From IMG/VR virus record IMGVR_UViG_3300025704_001538, positions 8,960-72,959 of that record: 64,000 nucleotides of DNA. One strand, 5' to 3'. Within the stretch, counting starts at the first letter, position 1. Every line of letters begins with the position of its first letter. A model generated the notes under the pieces. It was not told the origin of the DNA. It did no database searches and was given only the letters and a program-made list of their open reading frames with translations. Source of the stretch: a virus. This document shows, one piece after another, positions 30,501 to 39,412 of the stretch. The position numbers and the translations under genes are program-made.

Positions 30501-31212
30501 GTAATGCGAATAGAGAGTCTACTGATATATCTGAAAGAAGTGCGTAAGTACGAGAAATAAAGTTAGTAGTAATTTTATAATTACCTGAAGATGGGTCGAA
30601 TCTTGCGTTAAAATCTTTTAACATTAATTCATACCTTAACGCCTTACCATAATATCCCTTAACAGTTAAGGTGAATAATGGGTATGGTAAATGAAAAAAC
30701 GCACTGTATGGAGAATTTTCACCCTGCTCAAATAAAACCCTTCCCTGTACGTCTTCCATTTCAATAGTTACCAACGCAGCGTATGAAGTATTTATCTTAA
30801 TCGATATATTGGTTATTCCTAAAAGTTGTGAGTCAACATCCCCATTACGTGTTCTACCGAGTGTTAAATTGTCAGTCCATGAGGTATCTAAGTAAGAATC
30901 TTGTGTTTGACCTTCTCCCGTGTCCTGAGATTGTGGTTTCATAAAATTAATTACCGTTTCTTTGTTGTCATCAATGGCTCCTACTCGAATATTTTCTACC
31001 GCAGTTTCAAAATTATCACCAACAACTAATTTACTTCTCGGTATTATTTTAGCCTCTAAGCTGGCATACATAACGAGTTCCTCGTGATTGACTAACCTTT
31101 CAGAGACTTTACCCCCACTATCAACAACTTTATTGGGGTCTACCACAATAATGTTGTCATAATCGGTTTCTACATATACATTTTGATTGTTAAAGAATTC
31201 ATTACCTGCCAT
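24556..31212 (-). CDS. Giant baseplate hub-like protein
   Basis: 2218 aa; LGITNISIK...VTIEMEDVQG and YTCQVQSMGNAMIQPTMYFNL...GPYLIMNVTHNI motifs resemble gp27/VgrG-type hubs; follows a LysM-like gene. Confidence 0.6.
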   Translation of the reverse strand: MAGNEFFNNQNVYVETDYDNIIVVDPNKVVDSGGKVSERLVNHEELVMYASLEAKIIPRSKLVVGDNFETAVENIRVGAIDDNKETVINFMKPQSQDTGEGQTQDSYLDTSWTDNLTLGRTRNGDVDSQLLGITNISIKINTSYAALVTIEMEDVQGRVLFEQGENSPYSAFFHLPYPLFTLTVKGYYGKALRYELMLKDFNARFDPSSGNYKITTNFISRTYALLSDISVDSLFALPHMYERTATLGPEKTTTSNESGLQEVRRIKSTRGYDMIKNVYSSYKAKGLIDENFPELTLSQMLMKLENFERYVMEAYGQEDFAILNDIDLYRKTLKEYESKIYGQITDNWETKNIDKNLPFILNIPNSAVVYPLKKELTNQEETALQNISDSISSLDTIIKEYNTKLNDNTTFGSDGQAKIHGKKLETTLTSTISINNFLTQITNPDDIDYESTFEVRNGRAGTEQEVEALKVEIETELTINGYQVNAETLEMEDSQLRRTFFIFGDVYGKTKYNITSFLGKLQRLNDDFETKRSMVEEKMSEALAEKIKSPNVGLGFYPTIKNIIAVISASADAFLRLMDQVHDESWEQRKNPIRRNAVLSPEKSQGVETNSGNAPTTNNPQQETAIVYPWPQYFVNSVDEDGNEELKDTYPGDYTVASQLRAFSSTVWPEVRFVEEFMKGATQKESGNIDFDLTNTLKDNPFMGINAIEFPNQNQPYTDLNIVPFIYEIFERTLLSSNYTNLYKSSGYRDEVYSVVSDFEYNNLKESVVNSTELIELLKNFAFSYENMLRYMKSISNNGQGTNWNLHSRGEFTTPYIKSYLENDYGIYDLSYLEGDSTTVESNVENIDKLEKYLKASYSDEMSFSDGYPFNNLLWIQNNLSEGSQISSVELSNDTSKMFSINSTKKSIASFKYGFDVLADLGSQSSGQSSIGKTYDKKPFTYFEWILNYSNSPTQETSDLDSSINSNGNTNYLTNAQVINYYNLRMQKDLVLTESFIDYGTKYDTTENYISRNQTTSLLNTPYFINSIMKGVENEKNEIENPYTALGYLYLNSLPLSTLKEKFKTNSNTITTELNYIFATLNKYSAIHKLPYPFILKYGSIWHRYKKYQNDNIDILDDVWKDFDYVNAYDPISNNTSKSYSFNDYNGDNTTIKQYEQFTDIIQLNQGDPAFLGGDLNVTINLESTRVQNGFFPKVMNDVYYFFTKKDVFSTYSSSELQSAQTEKGLQIGTTSKTKIKLSKDPETDYQMNTWSQYFNVLGNYDFRENKENKVLIIPSFGEAKFNQTRFECFDAVGNHKQNVTTNPSIYNGGVRSLWSSSNYGYYSNEMIDKPKPNQYIKHINPENKNTQAFNLGNDTSLTYSSIDDIFGVFTKDMLDLFEQHFLNFCQPPNKTQFLVNRGNTTFEEFINSEEVRGQYENGEVPSTELSRWKSVYENQESLYNGPNLYKYDLNIHEVLKSLLMVNAPSEQLNFDNVLKSLTNSQSTQFINYNLDVLTNKDIILKIGNPSKYNNKVYGSLTTLSSQKIEDPYNFGNYVQNSLPTEGGGVSLGSSKASYPSAWKAMYEYVGDFSEGGFKYGDNGSYLTDFFVDMEFEFTESNVQLLSPIIKIYASKKSKDQTMNKDNFINEINEYLGEQENFQKDILNQIFIKLNRDLPSVSITEESLGLSKIDGNIPKLELWKTFQALNDKWVAGQDFKNRTIFEDFLFLDRANRPVGDKVVVNISELEGFITGRSDKMSVYGLLGLIYQKNNFTFIPTPAYTNFYGRNDRTKKNEPLPQDIPNDLFGTFMEVDTRDSRPRMIGIYVGEPSSNLGTGQNNTFRKGDDAFDITNPSDCPLRENQTNKTNYSDSNRCVGFQVDFGKRNQGVFNSVSIDMNQHKNIGPTFQVLEDIGSQASGQQVAQQSQSLYNFYKTRSYTCQVQSMGNAMIQPTMYFNLTNVPLFYGPYLIMNVTHNITNRGFTTNFDGVRIPKFALSPPDKLVASVNRQLLKQWEEKVRQIETNAKTGGTENDLALTKMKNISQGPEEKGQEITKYPQKPFTEMVKTPIQAQEVIDYVNSKDFTSDKIKTLIYGISTQNQSIRENCYNNNIMDVRTDILVTNRDQFFDSQVCVQYGGILTTIASFDNIEKSLDFMRATLNPIGPMADAIYDVLQQGAVIDELPKTLTTVYMSNIYSNPTINGSASDIIKEVNYQKQTNEKFKTNYEQWLDIFKSVIQRGES

Positions 31213-31519
31213 AATAGAAGAAGTGTGTATCTAATGCCTTTTTATAATCTTGTAAAGAATTCACTAAAGGAAAGGGTATTACTAAAACTGCACCGTCATC
31301 GATGTTATTTTCTAATCCCCCGAACTTAGGGTTTGCCGCTAAAATTAACCAACCAAAGTATGGTGTTTCATAAAATTGTTGACTTACTTTATCCAATCTA
31401 CTTCTACTAACTCTATAAATAAATTTCTTGTCTGTTGGTTTTGATGGGATGTTTACAAACGGCACTACAGTTTGTTCTCCATTCAAAAGAAAGTCTTGGT
31501 ATCTATTATAGTATCTCAT
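31202..31519 (-). CDS. LysM-like baseplate protein (gp53/gpX-like)
   Basis: RLDKVSQQFYETPYFGWLILAANP...LVIP. Confidence 0.75.
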   Translation of the reverse strand: MRYYNRYQDFLLNGEQTVVPFVNIPSKPTDKKFIYRVSRSRLDKVSQQFYETPYFGWLILAANPKFGGLENNIDDGAVLVIPFPLVNSLQDYKKALDTHFFYYGR

Positions 31520-34500
31520 TAGTTAAATGTATATTTTTCATTAAAGATGTTTTTGGGTCCATCGTTTAATCCTGATTTAAATGTTGCGTTAAAGTATTTT
31601 ACCTTACTGTCGTCAGCAGATTCTTGTGGTTTTTGTATGTATGTGAAGTTTCTTGTTTTTTCTAAATTAAATGGTTGGTATAAATTAAATTTTAAACATA
31701 TTGGTTTATTTTTAAACCTTTCGACACTTCTGTTTGAATCTCCTTGTAGTTTTTTATATATACTCTGTAACCCCCAGTTATTGTTTGGTAGTGAGCCTGC
31801 TGAAAAATTATTTGTCTGTGTTCCTATACCGTTAATTACTGTGTCGACCCAAAATACCCATTCTGCTTTTTCTATTAGTTTTTCACCTAAAATTTGTCTT
31901 TTTAATTCCTCAGGGTTGTTGATTACAAAACCAAAATTAATCGTACAAAATCTTGTTTGTGGTTCTGTGTTATAAGGTGGGAATAAAAAATCTATGTATA
32001 AATTATCTTTTTCAGGTAAAAGACCATAACTTATATTATTGTCTTCGTCTTCAAAATCAAAATCATCATCACTATTATCTACTCCCTGAAATAATTCTTC
32101 ATAAAAATTTTTCATATCTTCTCCCACTGTTTGGATGTCGTCAACTAACTCCCCGTATGTGTCTATCATATCTGACGAAGGGTCAACTTCAGTAGTTGCT
32201 GATAATGAAAGTATAAATGCCCTACCTTTTTTGTTTTTATAACCGTCAGTACTTGTTGTAATTAAATTTAGTTTATCATTAATTCTAGTAAAATCTGTTT
32301 GTACTCCTACTGCACTATTCCCGTGACCTTCCATAATCTGAGCATATTCATTTGTTCTTTTTTCAATGAGTGTTTTTAAATTCTTTTTAAATTTTTTTAT
32401 ATCACTATTTTTTAAATTTTGTTCATAGATTGTTGTGGTAGGTGTTTTTAAAAATGGATTTTCATCATTATCAACATCTTCTAATAGTTTGTTTTTTAAA
32501 TCAATAACCCTATTTTGTATCTCTATCGGTTTACCAAATAAATTTGTTTCATATTCATTATTACCATCTAAATACCCTGTTACATAGCCTTCTGTGTAGT
32601 TTCTTTTTTGTGTTAGATAATAAAGACCTATTCTTGAATGGAATGTATTTACGGTTTCAACAGTGGTAATAATATTTTGTGTATATGCTTGTGTTTTTTT
32701 GACGTAGTCGACAACAGGTGCTTTATAGTTTATTTCACCTATTAAATCGAGTGTTGTTCCTGTTAGTTCAGGGCTTGTTTGAGTACTTGTTATTTCACCT
32801 ATTGTATCTCCCGCCTCTTCACTTCTTTCAACTTGACCGTTTTCAGTTAATGAAAAATCATTCGCATCTTCTATAGCGTCTAAAGCCTCTCTATTTAATT
32901 CTGACCTATCTTCGGTAACTATTGAACGGTCGTCATAAACCTCCGTGTTACCATAATAGTTAAAAGACAATGCGTTTTGTAATCTAGATACCGGCTCTTT
33001 TATTCCTTGTCCACCTATAAAGTAAAAACTCATATTAATATCTGCTATCATAGGTTGTACACCAATTCCTTCAGGATTCAAATCAAATGTTAATGGTTCG
33101 TAATTAATACTCATCTGTTGAATTGCAATTTTTGAATGATAAAAATCACCTATTCTTAATACACATATCGGAGGCGCACCAAACGCAGTGTTTTTAACAT
33201 CCCCCTCTCTTGGTTTACCGTCCTCACCTATTACGGGGATTGTATCACCAGGTCTCAAACATTGTTGTAAGAAAGTAAGTCTACTGTTTAATCCTTCAGG
33301 TGTCATAGAGTGAAATACCGGTTGAAAATATTTAATCTTCTCTTTGATACCTTCGTACACTCTTGGTGTTTCCTCCCTCATCATATTAAAGTAGTCACAC
33401 TCAGTTAATAATTTTTTAACTATTATCTTAGCAACTTCGTTTCTCGGCTGGGTTAGTTTTGATTCTTTTTGTCTTATTACCTCCGTTTTTCCTGTTATGG
33501 TTTCTGTTATTATAGTTTCCTCCGGCGGTACTTCGGTTACCCTTTGTTCAGGTGGTGAAGGAATTTCTTCAATTGTTTTTATCACCACAGCCCTACATGC
33601 CATTGCGTTAACCGAATATGTCGTAGAGTTACCTGATAACTCTTCTGTACAATTAAAAGACCCGTATTCACCTCCGCCTGGTGTGGCGGTTGACTGTTCT
33701 CCTTGTGGGTCTTCGGTAATTGAAAATCTGTCTTCATATTTACTTAAGTCAAAAAACGAAAATAAATATTTTTTAACGGCGTCTATTCTTCTTTTAGACA
33801 AAGAATCGTTATACGCAACACTATTTGGTGCAGATGCAGAACCTACTAATTTCATATTTATAGTGGCTCCTTTATCTAACGCCGCTTTAATCTTTACCAC
33901 TAACTCCTGTGTTTTCTTTTCTGTTATATTAGTACCTTCTCCGTTTATTAAAAAGCTTTCAAAAAATTGTAGTACCTGAATTTTTTTATCAGAGTCCGCA
34001 GTATTATAGTAAGTTTCTTTTTTGGCTATGTATGTGGATAGTGTGTTCGCATATTCTTCAGTTGTAGTTGTGGACGATGCAGTTCGTGGTCCGGGTACAT
34101 CATTGTCAAAATAAAATTCATACTCATAGTCTTGTGTTTGTACTTCAGGAGTATATTCTTCAATGACAGGGTCTTTTTCGGTTAAGTCAATTCTTTCAAT
34201 ATCTTTTGAAAAATTTTCATATGTTTTTATGTCTGTAGTTTCTGTAACTATCTCGTATATATCTTTTAAGGTAAATTGAGGGAACCTTTGGGCTAATTCA
34301 TATATGTCGTATTTTCTACATCCCGCAAAAAATGAATCAACAATGTCATTAACTCTTTGTGAGTTTTGACCCGCCAACTCTTTATCAACAATTGCGTTTA
34401 ATATTGAGGGGTGGTCAACCACTATTTTCCAAGATAAACTACCTTGTCTGGTCGTATTGTTATACGTATAAACCGGTTCAGGTCTTCCTAAAAACTCGTT

Positions 34501-36306
34501 AGATGTCCAATTGGTAGAGTTGGTTTCAGATACTTTCATATCGTATGGTGGAAACCACATAATTCTACCTCCGCTAGGTCCTCTTTCACAAACGGGTAAA
34601 TCAGAATAAGTGAATCCAGGTTTACTTGATGTTCTCCAAGCCAAGTTTTCAATTGAAAACATATACTTTTTTACTTTATCGGCTTGTATATTACTTGAAT
34701 CGTCATCCCTAAAAGGTGCGATATTAAGATTATAGGTATTATCTAAGACAGAAAATTGGAATCTTCTGTTTTGATTAGTCATTCCGTCTTCCTTTTGTAG
34801 TTCACTATTTGAGAAATAAGGTATGTCTTTAGTAAATACTCTACAGTATTCCATTCCTTTAATTTCACCAGTGCTTTGGTCTTCGTATTTATAAACTCTT
34901 GAGCCTTTTGTAATCTCGCGAGTACCGTCACTAAAAACTTTTGACACTTGATTTATTGCATTACCAACGTGTTGTAACCTTGCATCTCCTTGTAACCCTT
35001 CTGCGGAGTCAATTAATTTTTGTGTGTCATCTAATATAGAACCTTTCTTAAAATCGTATTGTGTTGATACACCCGCATCAAATGATGACTGTATATTCGA
35101 TTCAAAGTTACTATCAACAGAACCAAGACCACCACCTTGCGATACAAATCGTCCCGCAGATTTTACACCGTCTAAACTAGTCCATGTAAATCCTCCTTGT
35201 AATCTAGGTGCGTCGTAACTACTGTTTGTGGCAGTTCCTACCCTTAAGAATTTAGTTCCGTTAAGTCCAAATTTAAATGAAAAGTTACCCTCGTATAGTT
35301 TACCTAACTCAGAGTATCCTCTAACAGGTGTTCTTACTCTATTACCAAATTGGTCTACCGGTAGTTCGTTTGATGGTGCAACAATGTCTTTAGGGTCTTG
35401 TGTTTTACTCCCCACGTAATAGTTACCTGAAGGGGCTTTTAACCCAAAAGCTCTATTATTATCTGTGTAATCGGGTGCAAAAACATTTAGTGATAAACTC
35501 TTAAACAACCTTTTAGTTTGTCCTCTACCTGAGTTAGATATAAAAAGTTCTGAAGACCTTTTATTGGCTTCGGGTAGTAATGTTCCTCTATCACTATACT
35601 CCCCATCCCCTCTCGAAGCTTGATTAATACTTGATTGCTCTTCAACTTTAGTAAAGTAACTTCCAGGAATCCAAGAATACGGTGAATAGACACCTGATAT
35701 TCTACTGATTAAATCTAAACCTTTACCTATTATATTATCAGGTACTGATATTTTCCAATCACTCTCAATCGCTTGTTCGTTACCTGTTGCAATCGCTATA
35801 GCGTCGAATGGGTCTGATAATGCATCTATTACATTAATCCTACCAAGTGTTTGTTGATATGTCTCTTCAGCAATTCGATATTCAAATTCTGTTTTAAGTT
35901 GGTTTCCCGCAATTTGTGCTAATGCAGAATCTTGACTTAAGCTTCCGTTTGTTCCTGTCGGATTAAATGAGGTTAATAGATTGAAAGCGTTATATGTTGA
36001 TGACACAAAAGTGTAGTAACTTTCTCTCTTTTCTATTTTATTTCTTATATCTTGTATATCTATTAAATCTTTATACCCACCCTCAGGACCATACTGATTC
36101 GATATAAACGCCCTTTTTTTTGCTTCTTCATTTACTTGTAGGTCAGTAACTCTTGTACTGTCTACTACTCCAAGGTCCTTTATTGAGAATTCAGCACTAC
36201 CAGGACTTTCGTTTCCTTTGTAACCTTCTTTGTATGGTTCAAGGTTCCTAACTAACAGTCTTTTTCTAAAGTTTTCTGTAGCATCAAATGTTAATTCGCT
36301 CGGCAT
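31519..36306 (-). CDS. Tail tube initiator/baseplate protein with an inserted OmpA-like domain
   Basis: WFPPYD...NWTSNEFLGRPEPVYTY and PPICVLRIGDFY tube-initiator-like halves flank GSASAP...YNDSLSKRRIDAVKKYL. Confidence 0.65.
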   Translation of the reverse strand: MPSELTFDATENFRKRLLVRNLEPYKEGYKGNESPGSAEFSIKDLGVVDSTRVTDLQVNEEAKKRAFISNQYGPEGGYKDLIDIQDIRNKIEKRESYYTFVSSTYNAFNLLTSFNPTGTNGSLSQDSALAQIAGNQLKTEFEYRIAEETYQQTLGRINVIDALSDPFDAIAIATGNEQAIESDWKISVPDNIIGKGLDLISRISGVYSPYSWIPGSYFTKVEEQSSINQASRGDGEYSDRGTLLPEANKRSSELFISNSGRGQTKRLFKSLSLNVFAPDYTDNNRAFGLKAPSGNYYVGSKTQDPKDIVAPSNELPVDQFGNRVRTPVRGYSELGKLYEGNFSFKFGLNGTKFLRVGTATNSSYDAPRLQGGFTWTSLDGVKSAGRFVSQGGGLGSVDSNFESNIQSSFDAGVSTQYDFKKGSILDDTQKLIDSAEGLQGDARLQHVGNAINQVSKVFSDGTREITKGSRVYKYEDQSTGEIKGMEYCRVFTKDIPYFSNSELQKEDGMTNQNRRFQFSVLDNTYNLNIAPFRDDDSSNIQADKVKKYMFSIENLAWRTSSKPGFTYSDLPVCERGPSGGRIMWFPPYDMKVSETNSTNWTSNEFLGRPEPVYTYNNTTRQGSLSWKIVVDHPSILNAIVDKELAGQNSQRVNDIVDSFFAGCRKYDIYELAQRFPQFTLKDIYEIVTETTDIKTYENFSKDIERIDLTEKDPVIEEYTPEVQTQDYEYEFYFDNDVPGPRTASSTTTTEEYANTLSTYIAKKETYYNTADSDKKIQVLQFFESFLINGEGTNITEKKTQELVVKIKAALDKGATINMKLVGSASAPNSVAYNDSLSKRRIDAVKKYLFSFFDLSKYEDRFSITEDPQGEQSTATPGGGEYGSFNCTEELSGNSTTYSVNAMACRAVVIKTIEEIPSPPEQRVTEVPPEETIITETITGKTEVIRQKESKLTQPRNEVAKIIVKKLLTECDYFNMMREETPRVYEGIKEKIKYFQPVFHSMTPEGLNSRLTFLQQCLRPGDTIPVIGEDGKPREGDVKNTAFGAPPICVLRIGDFYHSKIAIQQMSINYEPLTFDLNPEGIGVQPMIADINMSFYFIGGQGIKEPVSRLQNALSFNYYGNTEVYDDRSIVTEDRSELNREALDAIEDANDFSLTENGQVERSEEAGDTIGEITSTQTSPELTGTTLDLIGEINYKAPVVDYVKKTQAYTQNIITTVETVNTFHSRIGLYYLTQKRNYTEGYVTGYLDGNNEYETNLFGKPIEIQNRVIDLKNKLLEDVDNDENPFLKTPTTTIYEQNLKNSDIKKFKKNLKTLIEKRTNEYAQIMEGHGNSAVGVQTDFTRINDKLNLITTSTDGYKNKKGRAFILSLSATTEVDPSSDMIDTYGELVDDIQTVGEDMKNFYEELFQGVDNSDDDFDFEDEDNNISYGLLPEKDNLYIDFLFPPYNTEPQTRFCTINFGFVINNPEELKRQILGEKLIEKAEWVFWVDTVINGIGTQTNNFSAGSLPNNNWGLQSIYKKLQGDSNRSVERFKNKPICLKFNLYQPFNLEKTRNFTYIQKPQESADDSKVKYFNATFKSGLNDGPKNIFNEKYTFN

Positions 36307-36322
36307 ATAAATCTATTTCTAT

Positions 36323-36329
36323 ATAAATA
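36323..36329 (-). promoter_or_regulatory. TATTTAT putative late-promoter motif
   Basis: 16 nt upstream of the ATG at 36306. Confidence 0.6.
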
Positions 36330-36345
36330 GATTAATTCTATATTT

Positions 36346-38394
36346 TTATACTGAATACGTATTATTTGAGTCAGTAAATATTGACATTAACTTACTTGTA
36401 AAGTCAGGATTATTCACTATTTGACTTGCCAACTCCTCAGTAGATATATTTTGGGGTAAATTTCTACCGTCAATTGCAAAATCTATAGTACCTCCTACAT
36501 TTAAATTAACATTACCATTTAATACACTTTGTGATGGTGATTGATTTAAACTTGATGTATCTTGAATATTTGTGGTTGGTGTTATAGGTGTTGTTGATTG
36601 AGTTGTGGTTGGTGTAGGTGTATTAGTTGAAGGTGTTGTATTTACTTCAGGTGCCGTCCCTTCTTGTTCATTAGGTCTTTGTCCGTCACGTTGTCCAAAT
36701 CTCTGTTCTAAAGCGATTAAATCTGTAATAAATTCAGTTAGGTCTCCACTAATACCTGTAAGTACATCATTAACACCATATGACTTTAACTCTTCTATAT
36801 CAAATCCAAATTGTTTTAATGAACCACCTAATGACTTAAATGCCTCTCCGTCATTGAAAATATTAGAATCGCTGAAATTACTACTGATTTTATCTCCCAT
36901 CCCTTCGAAAGAGTCATCTAATGAACCTAACACTTCACCAAATCTAGACCTTAATACAGACAACGCCTCTTCATTTTTAAATCCGGTCTTAGCCGCTTCT
37001 GTAAAAGCTTCTCCAAGAGCATCCACATTTTCATTATTTATACCTTCTACCACAGACTGTGTTAAAGTTTTTGCCGCTGCACCTGCAGAATCAATCGCAG
37101 ACGTGACTGCGTCTGTTCTTGTACCAATAAATGGACCAAGTGCTGCAACTTGTTGTGCTAATATATCATTTAAAACTGTTGATGCGTCTAATTGTTTCAG
37201 TGCTATTTCTCTATCGGTTAATTTAGCGTCTTCCTGTACTTGTTTTAATTTTTCTAACCCATCCTTGTATTTTTCGTCTCCCAACATACTAGCGTCTACC
37301 AAATCATCAAAATTAGGTAATTTAATTTTTACACTACCATCTTTTAATTCACCTAAATTAGCAACAAGTTCTTTAGTTTCATCGTCAAGTCCTGACCCCT
37401 CTAAAAAATTAAGTTTTTTGGTTCTTGCAGCACTCTTAACCGCGGTATCTGCAAGTTCTTGATAATCCATACCTGTAAGTTTAGCGGCCTCTCTTAAACG
37501 GTACATCTCTGTGACAGGAATATCAAAGTCACCCGTTTTTTCGTTAAAGGTTACCGCACCTTCAGCCATATCTAATATAGAATCTTGTAGTCCTTCCATA
37601 TCATTTTGAGCCATATATAAAAGTTTGAATGGGTCTCCTAAATCACCTACAGCTCCTCCTAACATTTGAAATCCTGCGGCAGTTTCAATTGCGGTTTCAG
37701 GTGATAATAAACTATCAGCCAAACTAACGGTTTTGTTAAAGTCTAAGCGTAAAGCCTGTGCTTTTGCGACCATCTTTGTAAATCCTTCAACCCCGTTTTT
37801 AAAGTTATATGAGTTTAGTAACTTTACATTTGACCCAATATTTTTCATGAACTGTCCTACATTAATACCGTAAGACCTCGCTTCTTGTTGCATTTTACTT
37901 ATATTGTTTATAGCATCAGTAGTACCAACACCAATTGTATCAAAACCCTCGACCATAGTCGCTATATCACCTGCAGCAACACCCGCATTTCTAGCTAAAA
38001 GAGCAATATTTGTTTGTTGTTCGGCGGTCAGTAAAGTATTTCTTTGCATAATTGTATTTATCTCTTTAAACACCGAAAGTTGTTCGTCTAAAGTAATTCC
38101 ATATTGTGCAGATTCGTAAGCCGCCTGTGCTATTGTATCCCTAACCCCCTCACCAATTGTTCTAGTTTGTCCTAACGTTTCTGTGGTTAACTTAAAAGTT
38201 AGTTGTTCTAGCTTAGAAGTAGCGTTTGTTATTTCTTTAGGGTCAAGTAAATTATTACGTATAGAACCTGTTAATGTACTTTTTAAGTCTTTAAGTTTTT
38301 GGTCAAATATACCTGTAGCACTCGCCAGACCTTTTAACTCTTCAGCTTCTTTACCTGCACCAGTACTACTACCTGTATTTTCTTGTAAAAACAT
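36346..38394 (-). CDS. Putative tape measure protein
   Basis: Ala/Gly/Leu-rich helical composition; located directly after the tube and chaperone genes. Confidence 0.65.
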   Translation of the reverse strand: MFLQENTGSSTGAGKEAEELKGLASATGIFDQKLKDLKSTLTGSIRNNLLDPKEITNATSKLEQLTFKLTTETLGQTRTIGEGVRDTIAQAAYESAQYGITLDEQLSVFKEINTIMQRNTLLTAEQQTNIALLARNAGVAAGDIATMVEGFDTIGVGTTDAINNISKMQQEARSYGINVGQFMKNIGSNVKLLNSYNFKNGVEGFTKMVAKAQALRLDFNKTVSLADSLLSPETAIETAAGFQMLGGAVGDLGDPFKLLYMAQNDMEGLQDSILDMAEGAVTFNEKTGDFDIPVTEMYRLREAAKLTGMDYQELADTAVKSAARTKKLNFLEGSGLDDETKELVANLGELKDGSVKIKLPNFDDLVDASMLGDEKYKDGLEKLKQVQEDAKLTDREIALKQLDASTVLNDILAQQVAALGPFIGTRTDAVTSAIDSAGAAAKTLTQSVVEGINNENVDALGEAFTEAAKTGFKNEEALSVLRSRFGEVLGSLDDSFEGMGDKISSNFSDSNIFNDGEAFKSLGGSLKQFGFDIEELKSYGVNDVLTGISGDLTEFITDLIALEQRFGQRDGQRPNEQEGTAPEVNTTPSTNTPTPTTTQSTTPITPTTNIQDTSSLNQSPSQSVLNGNVNLNVGGTIDFAIDGRNLPQNISTEELASQIVNNPDFTSKLMSIFTDSNNTYSV

Positions 38395-38408
38395 TATACC
38401 TTTTTAAT

Positions 38409-38415
38409 ATAAATA
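38409..38415 (-). promoter_or_regulatory. TATTTAT putative late-promoter motif
   Basis: 14 nt upstream of the ATG at 38394. Confidence 0.6.
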
Positions 38416-38416
38416 T

Positions 38417-38609
38417 TTACTTTTGGGATTTTCTTCTCTCCATTTCTTCTCTTTGTTTGTCGAACTCCTCTACCAATTTATTAATGAAGTATTTCCTCTC
38501 ATATGTAGGCATATTCATCACATCCCCATATGTGAAGTTAACGTGTTTTGATAAGTAATAGATTTCGTCGAGCAGCGCGACTCTATATTCAGAAGAAAGG
38601 CCGAAAAAA
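38417..38609 (-). CDS. gp51-like tail chaperone C-terminal segment, probably translated via a +1 frameshift
   Basis: LDEIYYL...FTYGDVMNMPTYERKYFI; no convincing own start; overlaps the upstream ORF at GAG TTT TTT CGG. Confidence 0.65.
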
Positions 38610-39338
38610 CTCCGCCCCAAAAGTGACTCTCACATCCACTTTTTCTCCTGACGGGGCGGTAACTTGTCTCCGTAAATCCAATTTTGGTTCACAGTCGTTG
38701 AGATAATTTCTGATAAATTTAGAATCAGAGATAGGTAAGTTTAATACGAATTTTGAAATCTCCTCTCTACTCTCATTACCGTCAATACTCACAATATGTC
38801 TTTCGAGTCTGTTGGTAACTATAGGAGCCACTACCCCTTGTGGGTATTGGTCAAACGTATCATTCAATTCTTTAATGTCCCCAATAGTCAGTAACTTACA
38901 TTTTACGTTATTTCCTGACTTCGGTAACTTAAACTCAAATACACCATCTGAGTTTGGTTCATTTTTTACTTCAGTAATATTTAATTCATCTAACCTTACT
39001 GATGTTTGAAAGGTCTTTGATGTTTTTGGGTCTGTTAAAGTAAAATTATACTCAGGACCAAATGCGGTGTTACGTAAGAAAATCATAATCGACTCCATAT
39101 CACCCTCTAATAAATCATCTACAATAAAATCGGGTTCATAAACTTTAGATTTTATTAACTTACGGATTAAATCGTCTCCCCCTGTATTTGATATTAGTAT
39201 GTTCTCGTCCTGAGCAGTTAGGTACCCTACCTTCACACTCTTCTTTTTATTCTTATAGAATTTACCTTGCGATGGCAATGTCATCACATCATGAGGTAAG
39301 TTAAAGTCTTGTTGTCCGTATTGTCTTGCTTCTTCCAT
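38589..39338 (-). CDS. Baseplate hub/tail assembly chaperone (T4 gp26-like)
   Basis: LPSQGKFY, LTAQDENIL, IFLRNTAFGPEY, LPKSG; located between tube and tape measure. Confidence 0.75.
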   Translation of the reverse strand: MEEARQYGQQDFNLPHDVMTLPSQGKFYKNKKKSVKVGYLTAQDENILISNTGGDDLIRKLIKSKVYEPDFIVDDLLEGDMESIMIFLRNTAFGPEYNFTLTDPKTSKTFQTSVRLDELNITEVKNEPNSDGVFEFKLPKSGNNVKCKLLTIGDIKELNDTFDQYPQGVVAPIVTNRLERHIVSIDGNESREEISKFVLNLPISDSKFIRNYLNDCEPKLDLRRQVTAPSGEKVDVRVTFGAEFFRPFF

Positions 39339-39345
39339 ATTGTGT

Positions 39346-39378
39346 AAAAAAAAACCATAGGGAATGAACCCTATGGTT
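39346..39378 (-). terminator. Intrinsic terminator after the tail tube gene
   Basis: AACCATAGGG-N6-CCCTATGGTT stem running into a T-run on the minus strand. Confidence 0.85.
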
Positions 39379-39412
39379 AATTATATGAACTATTATTTAT
39401 TTTTCAATAGTA

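Noticed and set aside
36605-37462. 285-aa plus-strand ORF
   Set aside because: Antisense shadow of the tape measure gene, with Ser-rich composition typical of reverse-frame translation.
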